Source: Balanoglossus misakiensis
Taxonomy: Eukaryota > Animalia > Hemichordata
DNA: 64,000 bases
NCBI GenBank assembly: GCA_040954595.2
Contig: CM082576.2
Location: 19,391,028 to 19,455,027, forward strand
Reading direction: 5' to 3'
This document shows, in pieces, positions 28,301-43,300 of the stretch; position 1 is the first letter of the stretch; the number at the start of each line of letters is the position of its first letter. Both the position numbers and the translations under genes were made by a program. Under the pieces are notes generated by a model. It ran no database searches, was not told the origin of the DNA, and worked only from the letters and a program-made list of their open reading frames with translations.

Positions 28301-31300
28301 GAAAATCATCAAAAAATGACAAATTTTCGACTTTGCAAAATCTCAAAATTTTGCCAATTTTGAAAAAATCATGGGTGAAAATCATCAAAAAATGACAAAT
28401 TTTTTACTGCAAAATCTCAAATTTTCGTCGATTTTTTAAAAAAATTGTTGAAAATCATCAAAAAATGACAAATTTTCCTCTTTGCAAAATCTCAAAATTT
28501 CGTCGATTTTTGAAAAAAGACATGGGTGAAAATCATCAAAAAAATGACAAATTTTCGACTTTGCAAAATCTCAAAATTTCGTCGATTTTAGAAAAAATCA
28601 TGGGTGAAAATCATGAAAAAATGACAAATTTTCGACTTTGCAAAATCTCAAAATTTCGTCGATTTTTGAAAAAATCATGGGTGAAAATCATGAAAAAATG
28701 ACAAATGTTCGACTTTGCAAAATCTCAAAATTTCGTCGATTTTTGAAAAAAATCATGGGGGAAAATCATCAAAAAATGACAAATTTTCGACTGCAAAATC
28801 TCAAAATTTCGTCGATTTTTGAAATAAATCATTGTTGAAAATTATCAAAAATTGACAAATTTTCCTCTTTGCAAAATCTCAAAATTTCGTCGATTTTTTG
28901 AAAAATTTTCAACTTTGCAAAATCTCAAAATTTCGTTGATTTTTGAAAAAAATCATGGGGGAAAATCATCAAAAATGACAAATTTACGACTACAAAATCT
29001 CAAAATTTCGTCGATTTGTGAAAAAAAATCATGGGTGAAAATCATCAAAAAATGACAAATTTTTGACTTTGCACAATCTCAAAATTTCGTCAATTTTGAA
29101 AAAAATCATGGGTGAAAATCATCAAAAAATGACAAATTTTCGACTTTGCAAAATCTTAAAATTTCATCGATTTTTGAAAAAATCATGGGTGAAAATCATG
29201 AAAAAATGACAAATTTTCGACTGCAAAATCTCAAAATTTCGTCGATTTTTGAAATAAATCATTGTTGAAAATTATCAAAAAATGACAAATTTTCCTCTTT
29301 GCAAAATCTATAAATTTCGTCGATTTTTGAAAAATTTTCAACTTTGCAAAATCTCAAAATTTCGTCGATTTTTGAAAAAAATCATGGGGGAAAATCATCA
29401 AAAAATGACAAATTTTTGACTGAAAAATCTCAAATTTTCGTCGATTTTTTAAAAAAATTGTTGAAAATCATCAAAAAATGACAAATTTTTGACTTTGCAA
29501 AATCTCAAAATTTCGTCAATTTTGAAAAAAATCATGGGTGAAAATCATCAAAAAATGACAAATTTTCGACTTTGCAAAATCTGAAAATTTCGTCGATTTT
29601 TGAGAAAAATCATGGGTGAAAATCATCAAAAAATGACAAATTTTCGACTTTGCAAAATCTGAAAATTTCGTCGATTTTTGAGAAAAATCATGGGTGAAAA
29701 TCATCAAAAAATGACAAATTTTCGACTTTGCAAAATCTCAAATTTTCGTCGATTTTTGAAAAAAATCATGGGGGAAAATGATCAAAAAATGACAAATTTT
29801 CGACTGCAAAATCTCAAAATTTCGTCAATTTTGAAAAAAATCATGGGTGAAAATCATGAAAAAATGACAATTTTTTTACTGCAAAATCTCAAAATTTCGT
29901 TGATTTTTGAAAAAAATCATGGGGGAAAATCATCAAAAATGACAAATTTACGACTACAAAATCTCAAAATTTCGTCGATTTGTGAAAAAAAATCATGGGT
30001 GAAAATCATCAAAAAATGACAAATTTTTGACTTTGCACAATCTCAAAATTTCGTCAATTTTGAAAAAAATCATGGGTGAAAATCATCAAAAAATGACAAA
30101 TTTTCGACTTTGCAAAATCTGAAAATTTCATCGATTTTTGAAAAAATCATGGGTGAAAATCATGAAAAAATGACAAATTTTCGACTGCAAAATCTCAAAA
30201 TTTCGTCGATTTTTGAAATAAATCATTGTTGAAAATTATCAAAAAATGACAAATTTTCCTCTTTGCAAAATCTATAAATTTCGTCGATTTTTGAAAAATT
30301 TTCAACTTTGCAAAATCTCAAAATTTCGTCGATTTTTGAAAAAAATCATGGGGGAAAATCATCAAAAAATGACAAATTTTTGACTGAAAAATCTCAAATT
30401 TTCGTCGATTTTTTAAAAAAATTGTTGAAAATCATCAAAAAATGACAAATTTTTGACTTTGCAAAATCTCAAAATTTCGTCAATTTTGAAAAAAATCATG
30501 GCTGAAAATCATCAAAAAATGACAAATTTTCGACTTTGCAAAATCTCAAAATTTCGTCGATTTTTGAAAAAAATAATGGGGAAAATGATCAAAAAATGAC
30601 AAATTTTCGACTGCAAAATTTCAAAATTTCGTCAATTTTGAAAAAATCATGGGTGAAAATCATCAAAAAATGACAAATTTTCGACTGCAAAATCTCAAAA
30701 TTTCGTCGATTTTTGAAAAAAAAACGGGTGAAAATCATCAAAAAATGACAAATTTTCGACTGCAAAAACTCAAAATTTCGTCAATTTTGAAAAAAATCAT
30801 GGGTGAAAATCATCAAAAAATGACAAATTTTCCTCTTTGCAAAATCTATAAATTTCGTCGATTTTTGAAAAATTTTCAACTTTGCAAAATCTCAAAATTT
30901 CGTCGATTTTAGAAAAAAATCATGGGGGAAAATCATCAAAAAATGACAAATTTTCGACTGCAAAATCTCAAAATTTCGTCGATTTTTGAAATAAATCATT
31001 GTTGAAAATTATCAAAAAATGACAAATTTTCCTCTTTGCAAAATCTCAAAATTTCGTCGATTTTTTGAAAAAAGACGGGTGAAAATCATCAAAAAATGAC
31101 AAATTTACGACTACAAAATCTCAAAATTTTGCCAATTTTGAAAAAATCATGGGTGAAAATCATCAAAAAATGACAAATTTTTTACTGCAAAATCTCAAAA
31201 TTTCGTCGATTTTTGAAAAAAAATCATTGTTGAAAATCATCAAAAAATGACAAATTTTCCTCTTTGCAAAATCTCAAAATTTCGTCGATTTTTTGAAAAA

Positions 31301-34300
31301 AGACGGGTGAAAATCATCAAAAAATGACAAATTTTCGACTTTGCAAAATCTCAAATTTTCGTCGATTTTTGAAAAAAATCATGGGGGAAAATGATCAAAA
31401 AATGACAAATTTTCGACTGCAAAATCTCAAAATTTCGTCAATTTTGAAAAAAATCATGGGTGAAAATCATGAAAAAATGACAATTTTTTTACTGCAAAAT
31501 CTCAAAATTTCATCGATTTTTGAAAAAAATCATGGGTGAAAATCATCAAAAAATGACAAATTTTCGACTTTGCAAAATCTCAAAATTTAGTCGATTTTTG
31601 AAGAAAATCAAGGGTGAAAATCATCAAAAAATGACAAATTTTCGACTTTGCAAAATCTCAAAATTTCGTCGATTTTTGAAAAAAATAATGGGGAAAATGA
31701 TCAAAAAATGACAAATTTTCGACTGCAAAATTTCAAAATTTCGTCAATTTTGAAAAAATCATGGGTGAAAATCATCAAAAAATGACAAATTTTCGACTGC
31801 AAAAACTCAAAATTTCGTCAATTTTGAAAAAAATCATGGGTGAAAATCATCAAAAAATGACAAATTTTCCTCTTTGCAAAATCTATAAATTTCGTCGATT
31901 TTTGAAAAATTTTCAACTTTGCAAAATCTCAAAATTTCGTCGATTTTAGAAAAAAATCATGGGGGAAAATCATCAAAAAATGACAAATTTTCGACTGCAA
32001 AATCTCAAAATTTCGTCGATTTTTGAAATAAATCATTGTTGAAAATTATCAAAAAATGACAAATTTTCCTCTTTGCAAAATCTCAAAATTTCGTCGATTT
32101 TTTGAAAAAGACGGGTGAAAATCATCAAAAAATGACAAATTTACGACTACAAAATCTCAAAATTTTGCCAATTTTGAAAAAATCATGGGTGAAAATCATC
32201 AAAAAATGACAAATTTTTTACTGCAAAATCTCAAATTTTCGTCGATTTTTTAAAAAAATTGTTGTAAATCATCAAAAAATGACAAATTTTTGACTGCAAA
32301 ATCTCAAAATTTCGTCGATTTTTGAAAAAAAATCATTGTTGAAAATCATCAAAAAATGACAAATTTTCCTCTTTGCAAAATCTCAAAATTTCGTCGATTT
32401 TTGAAAAAAGACATGGGTGAAAATAATCAAAAAATGACAAATTTTCGACTTTGCAAAATCTCAAAATTTCGTCGATTTTCGAAAAAATCATGGGTGAAAA
32501 TCATGAAAAAATGACAAATTTTCGACTTTGCAAAATCTGAAAATTTCGTCGATTTTTGAAAAAAATCATGGGGGAAAATGATCAAAAAATGACAAATTTT
32601 CGACTGCAAAATCTCAAAATTTCGTCAATTTTGAAAAAAATCATGGTCGAAAATCATCAAATAATGACAATTTTTTTACTGCAAAATCTCAAAATTTCAT
32701 CGATTTTTGAAAAAAATCATGGGTGAAAATCATCAAAAAATGACAAATTTTCGACTTTGCAAAATCTCAAAATTTCGTCGATTTTTGAAGAAAATCAAGG
32801 GTGAAAATCATCAAAAAATGACAAATTTTCGACTTTGCAAAATCTGAAAATTTCGTCGATTTTTGAAAAAAATCATGGGTGAAAATCATCAAAAAATGAC
32901 AAATTTTTGACTGCAAAATCTCAAAATTTCGTCAATTTTTGAAAAAAATCATGGTTGAAAATCATCATGACAATGACAAATTTTCGACTTTGCAAAATCT
33001 CAAAATTTCGTCGATTTTGAAAAAAATCATGGGTTCGTCCATTTTTGAAAAAAAAACATTGGGTGAAAATCATCAAAAAATGACAAATTTTCGACTTTGC
33101 AAAATCTCAAAATTTCGTCGATTTTTGAAGAAAATCATGGGTGAAAATCATCAAAAAATGACAAATTTTCGACTGCAAAATCTCAAAATTTCGTCAATTT
33201 TGAAAAAAATCATGGGTGAAAATCATGAAAAAATGACAATTTTTTTACTGCAAAATCTCAAAATTTCATCGATTTTTGAAAAAAATCATGGGTGAAAATC
33301 ATCAAAAAATGACAAATTTTCGACTTTGCAAAATCTCAAAATTTAGTCGATTTTTGAAGAAAATCAAGGGTGAAAATCATCAAAAAATGACAAATTTTCG
33401 ACTTTGCAAAATCTCAAAATTTCGTCGATTTTTGAAAAAAATAATGGGGAAAATGATCAAAAAATGACAAATTTTCGACTGCAAAATTTCAAAATTTCGT
33501 CAATTTTGAAAAAATCATGGGTGAAAATCATCAAAAAATGACAAATTTTCGACTGCAAAATCTCAAAATTTCGTCGATTTTTAAAAAAAAAAACGGGTGA
33601 AAATCATCAAAAAATGACAAATTTTCGACTGCAAAAACTCAAAATTTCGTCAATTTTGAAAAAAATCATGGGTGAAAATCATCAAAAAATGACAAATTTT
33701 CCTCTTTGCAAAATCTATAAATTTCGTCGATTTTTGAAAAATTTTCAACTTTGCAAAATCTCAAAATTTCGTCGATTTTAGAAAAAAATCATGGGGGAAA
33801 ATCATCAAAAAATGACAAATTTTCGACTGCAAAATCTCAAAATTTCGTCGATTTTTGAAATAAATCATTGTTGAAAATTATCAAAAAATGACAAATTTTC
33901 CTCTTTGCAAAATCTCAAAATTTCGTCGATTTTTTGAAAAAAGACGGGTGAAAATCATCAAAAAATGACAAATTTACGACTACAAAATCTCAAAATTTTG
34001 CCAATTTTGAAAAAATCATGGGTGAAAATCATCAAAAAATGACAAATTTTTTACTGCAAAATCTCAAATTTTCGTCGATTTTTTAAAAAAATTGTTGTAA
34101 ATCATCAAAAAATGACAAATTTTTGACTGCAAAATCTCAAAATTTCGTCGATTTTTGAAAAAAAATCATTGTTGAAAATCATCAAAAAATGACAAATTTT
34201 CCTCTTTGCAAAATCTCAAAATTTCGTCGATTTTTGAAAAAAGACATGGGTGAAAATAATCAAAAAATGACAAATTTTCGACTTTGCAAAATCTCAAAAT

Positions 34301-37300
34301 TTCGTCGATTTTCGAAAAAATCATGGGTGAAAATCATGAAAAAATGACAAATTTTCGACTTTGCAAAATCTGAAAATTTCGTCGATTTTTGAAAAAAATC
34401 ATGGGGGAAAATGATCAAAAAATGACAAATTTTCGACTGCAAAATCTCAAAATTTCGTCAATTTTGAAAAAAATCATGGTCGAAAATCATCAAATAATGA
34501 CAATTTTTTTACTGCAAAATCTCAAAATTTCATCGATTTTTGAAAAAAATCATGGGTGAAAATCATCAAAAAATGACAAATTTTCGACATTGCAAAATCT
34601 CAAAATTTCGTCGATTTTTGAAGAAAATCAAGGGTGAAAATCATCAAAAAATGACAAATTTTCGACTTTGCAAAATCTGAAAATTTCGTCGATTTTTGAA
34701 AAAAATCATGGGTGAAAATCATCAAAAAATGACAAATTTTTGACTGCAAATCTCAAAATTTCGTCAATTTTTGAAAAAAATCATGGTTGAAAATCATCAT
34801 GACAATGACAAATTTTCGACTTTGCAAAATCTCAAAATTTCGTCGATTTTGAAAAAAATCATGGGTTCGTCCATTTTTGAAAAAAAAACATTGGGTGAAA
34901 ATCATCAAAAAATGACAAATTTTCGACTTTGCAAAATCTCAAAATTTCGTCGATTTTTGAAGAAAATCATGGGTGAAAATCATCAAAAAATGACAAATTT
35001 TCGACTTTGCAAAATCTCAAAATTTCGTCGATTTTTGAAAAAAGACGGGTGAAAATCATCAAAAAATGACAAATTTTCCTCTTTGCAAAATCTATAAATT
35101 TCGTCGATTTTTGAAAAATTTTCAACTTTGCAAAATCTCAAAATTTCGTCGATTTTAGAAAAAAATCATGGGGGAAAATCATCAAAAAATGACAAATTTT
35201 CGACTGCAAAATCTCAAAATTTCGTCGATTTTTGAAATAAATCATTGTTGAAAATTATCAAAAAATGACAAATTTTCCTCTTTGCAAAATCTCAAAATTT
35301 CGTCGATTTTTTGAAAAAAGACGGGTGAAAATCATCAAAAAATGACAAATTTACGACTACAAAATCTCAAAATTTTGCCAATTTTGAAAAAATCATGGGT
35401 GAAAATCATCAAAAAATGACAAATTTTTTACTGCAAAATCTCAAATTTTCGTCGATTTTTTAAAAAAATTGTTGTAAATCATCAAAAAATGACAAATTTT
35501 TGACTGCAAAATCTCAAAATTTCGTCGATTTTTGAAAAAAAATCATTGTTGAAAATCATCAAAAAATGACAAATTTTCCTCTTTGCAAAATCTCAAAATT
35601 TCGTCGATTTTTGAAAAAAGACATGGGTGAAAATAATCAAAAAATGACAAATTTTCGACTTTGCAAAATCTCAAAATTTCGTCGATTTTCGAAAAAATCA
35701 TGGGTGAAAATCATGAAAAAATGACAAATTTTCGACTTTGCAAAATCTGAAAATTTCGTCGATTTTTGAAAAAAATCATGGGGGAAAATGATCAAAAAAT
35801 GACAAATTTTCGACTGCAAAATCTCAAAATTTCGTCAATTTTGAAAAAAATCATGGTCGAAAATCATCAAATAATGACAATTTTTTTACTGCAAAATCTC
35901 AAAATTTCATCGATTTTTGAAAAAAATCATGGGTGAAAATCATCAAAAAATGACAAATTTTCGACTTTGCAAAATCTCAAAATTTCGTCGATTTTTGAAG
36001 AAAATCAAGGGTGAAAATCATCAAAAAATGACAAATTTTCGACTTTGCAAAATCTGAAAATTTCGTCAATTTTTGAAAAAAATCATGGTTGAAAATCGTC
36101 ATAACAATGACAAATTTTCGACTTTGCAAAATCTCAAAATTTCGTCGATTTTGAAAAAAATCATGGGTTCGTCCATTTTTGAAAAAAAAACATTGGGTGA
36201 AAATCATCAAAAAATGACAAATTTTCGACTTTGCAAAATCTCAAAATTTCGTCGATTTTTGAAGAAAATCATGGGTGAAAATCATCAAAAAATGACAAAT
36301 TTTCGACTTTGCAAAATCTCAAAATTTCGTCGATTTTTGAAAAAAGACGGGTGAAAATCATCTAAAAATGACAAATTTTCGACTTTGCAAAATCTCAAAA
36401 TTTCGTTGATTTTTGAAAAAAATCATGGGGGAAAATCATCAAAAAATGACAAATTTACGACTACAAAATCTCAAAATTTCGTCGATTTGTGAAAAAAAAT
36501 CATGGGTGAAAATCATCAAAAAATGACAAATTTTCGACTTTGCAAAATCTCAAAATTTTGCCAATTTTGAAAAAATCATGGGTGAAAATCATCAAAAAAT
36601 GACAAATTTTTTACTGCAAAATCTCAATTTTCGTCGATTTTTTAAAAAAATTGTTGAAAATCATCAAAAAATGACAAATTTTTGACTGCAAAATCTCAAA
36701 ATTTCGTCGATTTTTGAAAAAAAATCACTGTTGAAAATCATCAAAAAATGACAAATTTTCCTCTTTGCAAAATCTCAAAATTTCGTCGATTTTTGAAAAA
36801 AGACATGGGTGAAAATCATCAAAAAATGACAAATTTTCGACTTTGCAAAATCTCAAAATTTCGTCGATTTTCGAAAAAATCATGGGTGAAAATCATGAAA
36901 AAATGACAAATTTTCGACTTTGCAAAATCTGAAAATTTCGTCGATTTTTGAAAAAAATCATGGGGGAAAATGATCAAAAAATGACAAATTTTCGACTGCA
37001 AAATCTCAAAATTTCGTCAATTTTGAAAAAAATCATGGTCGAAAATCATCAAATAATGACAATTTTTTTACTGCAAAATCTCAAAATTTCGTCGATTTTT
37101 GAAGAAAATCATGGGTGAAAATCATCAAAAAATGACAAATTTTCGACTTTGCAAAATCTCAAAATTTCGTCGATTTTTGAAAAAAAATCATGGGGAAAAT
37201 GATCAAAAAATGACAAATTTTCGACTGCAAAATTTCAAAATTTCGTCAATTTTGAAAAAATCATGGGTGAAAATCATCAAAAAATGACAAATTTTCGACT

Positions 37301-40300
37301 TTGCAAAATCTCAAAATTTCGTCGATTTTGAAAAAAATCATGGGTTCGTCCATTTTTGAAAAAAAACATTGGGTGAAAATCATCAAAAAATGACAAATTT
37401 TCGACTTTGCAAAATCTCAAAATTTCGTCGATTTTTGAAGAAAATCATGGGTGAAAATCATCAAAAAATGACAAATTTTCGACTTTGCAAAATCTCAAAA
37501 TCTCGTCGATTTTTGAAAAAAGACGGGTGAAAATCATCTAAAAATGACAAATTTTCGACTTTGCAAAATCACAAAATTTCGTTGATTTTTGAAAAAAATC
37601 ATGGGGGAAAATCATCAAAAAATGACAAATTTTCGACTTTGCAAAATCTCAAAATTTCGTCGATTTTCGAAAAAATCATGGGTGAAAATCATGAAAAAAT
37701 GACAAATTTTCGACTTTGCAAAATCTGAAAATTTCGTCGATTTTTGAAAAAAATCATGGGGGAAAATGATCAAAAAATGACAAATTTTCGACTGCAAAAT
37801 CTCAAAATTTCGTCAATTTTGAAAAAAATCATGGTCGAAAATCATCAAATAATGACAATTTTTTTACTGCAAAATCTCAAAATTTCATCGATTTTTGAAA
37901 AAAATCATGGGTGAAAATCATCAAAAAATGACAAATTTTCGACTTTGCAAAATCTCAAAATTTCGTCGATTTTTGAAGAAAATCAAGGGTGAAAATCATC
38001 AAAAAATGACAAATTTTCGACTTTGCAAAATCTGAAAATTTCGTCGATTTTTTGAAAAAAGACGGGTGAAAATCATCTAAAAATGACAAATTTTCGACTA
38101 TGCAAAATCTCAAAATTTCGTTGATTTTTGAAAAAAATCATGGGGGAAAATCATCAAAAAATGACAAATTTACGACTACAAAATCTCAAAATTTTTTCGA
38201 TTGTTGAAAAAAATCATGGGTGAAAATCATGAAAAAATGACAAATTTTCGACTTTGCAAAATCTGAAAATTTCGTCGATTTTTGAAAAAAATCATGGGGG
38301 AAAATGATCAAAAAATGACAAATTTTCGACTGCAAAATCTCAAAATTTCGTCAATTTTGAAAAAAATCATGGTCGAAAATCATCAAATAATGACAATTTT
38401 TTTACTGCAAAATCTCAAAATTTAATCGATTTTTGAAAAAAATCATGGGTGAAAATCATCAAAAAATGACAAATTTTCGACTTTGCAAAATCTCAAAATT
38501 TCGTCGATTTTTGAAGAAAATCAAGGGTGAAAATCATCAAAAAATGACAAATTTTCGACTTTGCAAAATCTCAAAATTTCGTCGATTTTTGAAAAAAATC
38601 ATGGGGAAAATGATCAAAAAATGACAAATTTTCGACTGCAAAATTTCAAAATTTCGTCAATTTTGAAAAAATCATGGGTGAAAATCATCAAAAAATGACA
38701 AATTTTCGACTGCAAAATCTCAAAATTTCGTCGATTTTTGAAAAAAAACGGGTGAAAATCATCAAAAAATGACAAATTTTCGACTGCAAAGACTCAAAAT
38801 TTCGTCAATTTTGAAAAAAATCATGGGTGAAAATCATCAAAAAATGACAAATTTTCCTCTTTGCAAAATCTATAAATTTCGTCGATTTTTGAAAAATTTT
38901 CAACTTTGCAAAATCTCAAAATTTCGTCGATTTTTGAAAAAAATCATGGGGGAAAATCATCAAAAAATGACAAATTTTCGACTGCAAAATCTCAAAATTT
39001 CGTCGATTTTTGAAATAAATCATTGTTGAAAATTATCAAAAATTGACAAATTTTCCTCTTTGCAAAATCTCAAAATTTCGTCGATTTTTTGAAAAATTTT
39101 CAACTTTGCAAAATCTCAAAATTTCGTTGATTTTTGAAAAAATCATGGGGGAAAATCATCAAAAAATGACAAATTTTCGACTTTGCAAAATCTCAAAATT
39201 TCGTCGATTTTTGAAAAAAATCATGGGGGAAAATCATCAAAAAATGACAAATTTACGACTACAAAATCTCAAAATTTCGTCGATTTGTGAAAAAAAATCA
39301 TGGGTGAAAATCATCAAAAAATGACAAATTTTCGACTTTGCAAAATCTCAAAATTTCGTTGATTTTTGAAAAAAATCATGGGGGAAAATCATCAAAAAAT
39401 GACAAATTTACGACTACAAAATCTCAAAATTTCGTCGATTTGTGAAAAAAAATCATGGGTGAAAATCATCAAAAAATGACAAATTTTCGACTTTGCAAAA
39501 TCTCAAAATTTTGCCAATTTTGAAAAAATCATGGGTGAAAATCATCAAAAAATGACAAATTTTTTACTGCAAAATCTCAAATTTTCGTCGATTTTTTAAA
39601 AAAATTGTTGAAAATCATCAAAAAATGACAAATTTTTGACTGCAAAATCTCAAAATTTCGTCGATTTTTGAAAAAAATCATGGGGGAAAATCATCAAAAA
39701 ATGACAAATTTTCGACTTTGCAAAATCTCAAAATTTCGTTGATTTTTGAAAAAAATCATGGGGGAAAATCATCAAAAAATGACAAATTTACGACTACAAA
39801 ATCTCAAAATTTCGTCGATTTGTGAAAAAAAATCATGGGTGAAAATCATCAAAAAATGACAAATTTTCGACTTTGCAAAATCTCAAAATTTTGCCAATTT
39901 TGAAAAAATCATGGGTGAAAATCATCAAAAAATGACAAATTTTCGACTGCAAAATCTCAAAATTTCGTCGATTTTTGAAATAAATCATTGTTGAAAATTA
40001 TCAAAAAATGACAAATTTTCCTCTTTGCAAAATCTCAAAATTTCGTCGATTTTTTGAAAAAAGACGGGTGAAAATCATCTAAAAATGACAAATTTTCGAC
40101 TTTGCAAAATCTCAAAATTTCGTTGATTTTTGAAAAAAATCATGGGGGAAAATCATCAAAAAATGACAAATTTACGACTACAAAATCTCAAAATTTCGTC
40201 GATTTGTGAAAAAAAATCATGGGTGAAAATCATCAAAAAATGACAAATTTTCGACTTTGCAAAATCTCAAAATTTTGCCAATTTTGAAAAAATCATGGGT

Positions 40301-43300
40301 GAAAATCATCAAAAAATGACAAATTTTTTACTGCAAAATCTCAAATTTTCGTCGATTTTTTAAAAAAATTGTTGAAAATCATCAAAAAATGACAAATTTT
40401 TGACTGCAAAATCTCAAAATTTCGTCGATTTTTGAAAAAAAATCATTGTTGAAAATCATCAAAAAATGACAAATTTTTGACTGCAAAATCTCAAAATTTC
40501 GTCGATTTTTGAAAAAAGACATGGGTGAAAATCATCAAAAAATGACAAATTTACGACTGCAAAATCTCAAAATTTCGTCGATTTGTGAAAAAAATCATGG
40601 GTGAAAATCATCAAAAAATGACAAATTTTTGACTGCAAAATCTCAAAATTTCGTCAATTTTTGAAAAAAATCATGGTTGAAAATCATCATGACAATGACA
40701 AATTTTCGACTTTGCAAAATCTCAAAATTTCGTCGATTTTGAAAAAAATCATGGGTTCGTCCATTTTTGAAAAAAAAACATTCGGTGAAAATCATCAAAA
40801 AATGACAAATTTTCGACTTTGCAAAATCTGAAAATTTCGTCGATTTTTGAAAAAAATCATGGGGGAAAATGATCAAAAAATGACAAATTTTCGACTGCAA
40901 AATCTCAAAATTTCGTTGATTTTTGAAAAAAATCATGGGGGAAAATCATCAAAAAATGACAAATTTACGACTACAAAATCTCAAAATTTCGTCGATTTGT
41001 GAAAAAAAATCATGGGTGAAAATCATCAAAAAATGACAAATTTTCGACTTTGCAAAATCTCAAAATTTTGCCAATTTTGAAAAAATCATGGGTGAAAATC
41101 ATCAAAAAATGACAAATTTTCGACTTTGCAAAATCTCAAAATTTCGTTGATTTTTGAAAAAAATCATGGGGGAAAATCATCAAAAAATGACAAATTTACG
41201 ACTACAAAATCTCAAAATTTCGTCGATTTGTGAAAAAAAATCATGGGTGAAAATCATCAAAAAATGACAAATTTTCGACTTTGCAAAATCTCAAAATTTT
41301 GCCAATTTTGAAAAAATCATGGGTGAAAATCATCAAAAAATGACAAATTTTTTACTGCAAAATCTCAAATTTTCGTCGATTTTTTAAAAAAATTGTTGAA
41401 AATCATCAAAAAATGACAAATTTTTGACTGCAAAATCTCAAAATTTCGTCGATTTTTGAAAAAAAATCATTGTTGAAAATCATCAAAAAATGACAAATTT
41501 TTGACTGCAAAATCTCAAAATTTCGTCGATTTTTGAAAAAAGACATGGGTGAAAATCATCAAAAAATGACAAATTTACGACTGCAAAATCTCAAAATTTC
41601 GTCGATTTGTGAAAAAAATCATGGGTGAAAATCATCAAAAAATGACAAATTTTTGACTGCAAAATCTCAAAATTTCGTCAATTTTTGAAAAAAATCATGG
41701 TTGAAAATCATCATGACAATGACAAATTTTCGACTTTGCAAAATCTCAAAATTTCGTCGATTTTGAAAAAAATCATGGGTTCGTCCATTTTTGAAAAAAA
41801 AACATTCGGTGAAAATCATCAAAAAATGACAAATTTTCGACTTTGCAAAATCTGAAAATTTCGTCGATTTTTGAAAAAAATCATGGGGGAAAATGATCAA
41901 AAAATGACAAATTTTCGACTGCAAAATCTCAAAATTTCGTCAATTTTGAAAAAAATCATGGTCGAAAATCATCAAATAATGACAATTTTTTTACTGCAAA
42001 ATCTCAAAATTTCATCGATTTTTGAAAAAAATCATGGGTGAAAATCATCAAAAATGACAAATTTTCGACTTTGCAAAATCTCAAAATTTCGTCGATTTTT
42101 GAAGAAAATCAAGGGTGAAAATCATCAAAAAATGACAATTTTTCGACTTTGCAAAATCTGAAAATTTCGTCGATTTTTGAAAAAAATCATGGGTGAAAAT
42201 CATCAAAAAATGACAAATTTTTGACTGCAAAATCTCAAAATTTCGTCAATTTTTGAAAAAAATCATGGTTGAAAATCATCATGACAATGACAAATTTTCG
42301 ACTTTGCAAAATCTCAAAATTTCGTCGATTTTGAAAAAAATCATGGGTTCGTCCATTTTTGAAAAAAAAACATTGGGTGAAAATCATCAAAAAATGACAA
42401 ATTTTCGACTTTGCAAAATCTCAAAATTTCGTCGATTTTTGAAGAAAATCATGGGTGAAAATCATCAAAAAATGACAAATTTTCGACTTTGCAAAATCTC
42501 AAAATTTCGTCGATTTTTGAAAAAAAATCATGGGGAAAATGATCAAAAAATGACAAATTTTCGACTGCAAAATTTCGAAATTTCGTCAATTTTGAAAAAA
42601 TCATTGGTGAAAATCATCAAAAAATGACAAATTTTCGACTGCAAAATCTCAAAATTTCGTCGATTTTTGAAAAAAAAACGGGTGAAAATCATCAAAAAAT
42701 GACAAATTTTCCTCTTTGCAAAATCTATAAATTTCGTCGATTTTTGAAAAATTTTCAACTTTGCAAAATCTCAAAATTTCGTCGATTTTAGAAAAAAATC
42801 ATGGGGGAAAATCATCAAAAAATGTCAAATTTTCGACTGCAAAATCTCAAAATTTCGTCGATTTTTGAAATAAATCATTGTTGAAAATTATCAAAAAATG
42901 ACAAATTTTCCTCTTTGCAAAATCTCAAAATTTCGTCGATTTTTTGAAAAAAGACGGGTGAAAATCATCTAAAAATGACAAATTTTCGACTTTGCAAAAT
43001 CTCAAAATTTCGTTGATTTTTGAAAAAAATCATGGGTGAAAATCATCAACAAATGACAATTTTTTTACTGCAAAATCTCAAATTTTCGTCGATTTTTTAA
43101 AAAAATTGTTGAAAATCATCAAAAAATGACAAATTTTTGACTGCAAAATCTCAAAATTTCGTCGATTTTTGAAAAAAAATCATTGTTGAAAATCATCAAA
43201 AAATGACAAATTTTCCTCTTTGCAAAATCTCAAAATTTCGACGATATTTGAAAAAAGACATGGGTGAAAATCATGAAAAAATGACAAATTTTCGACTTTG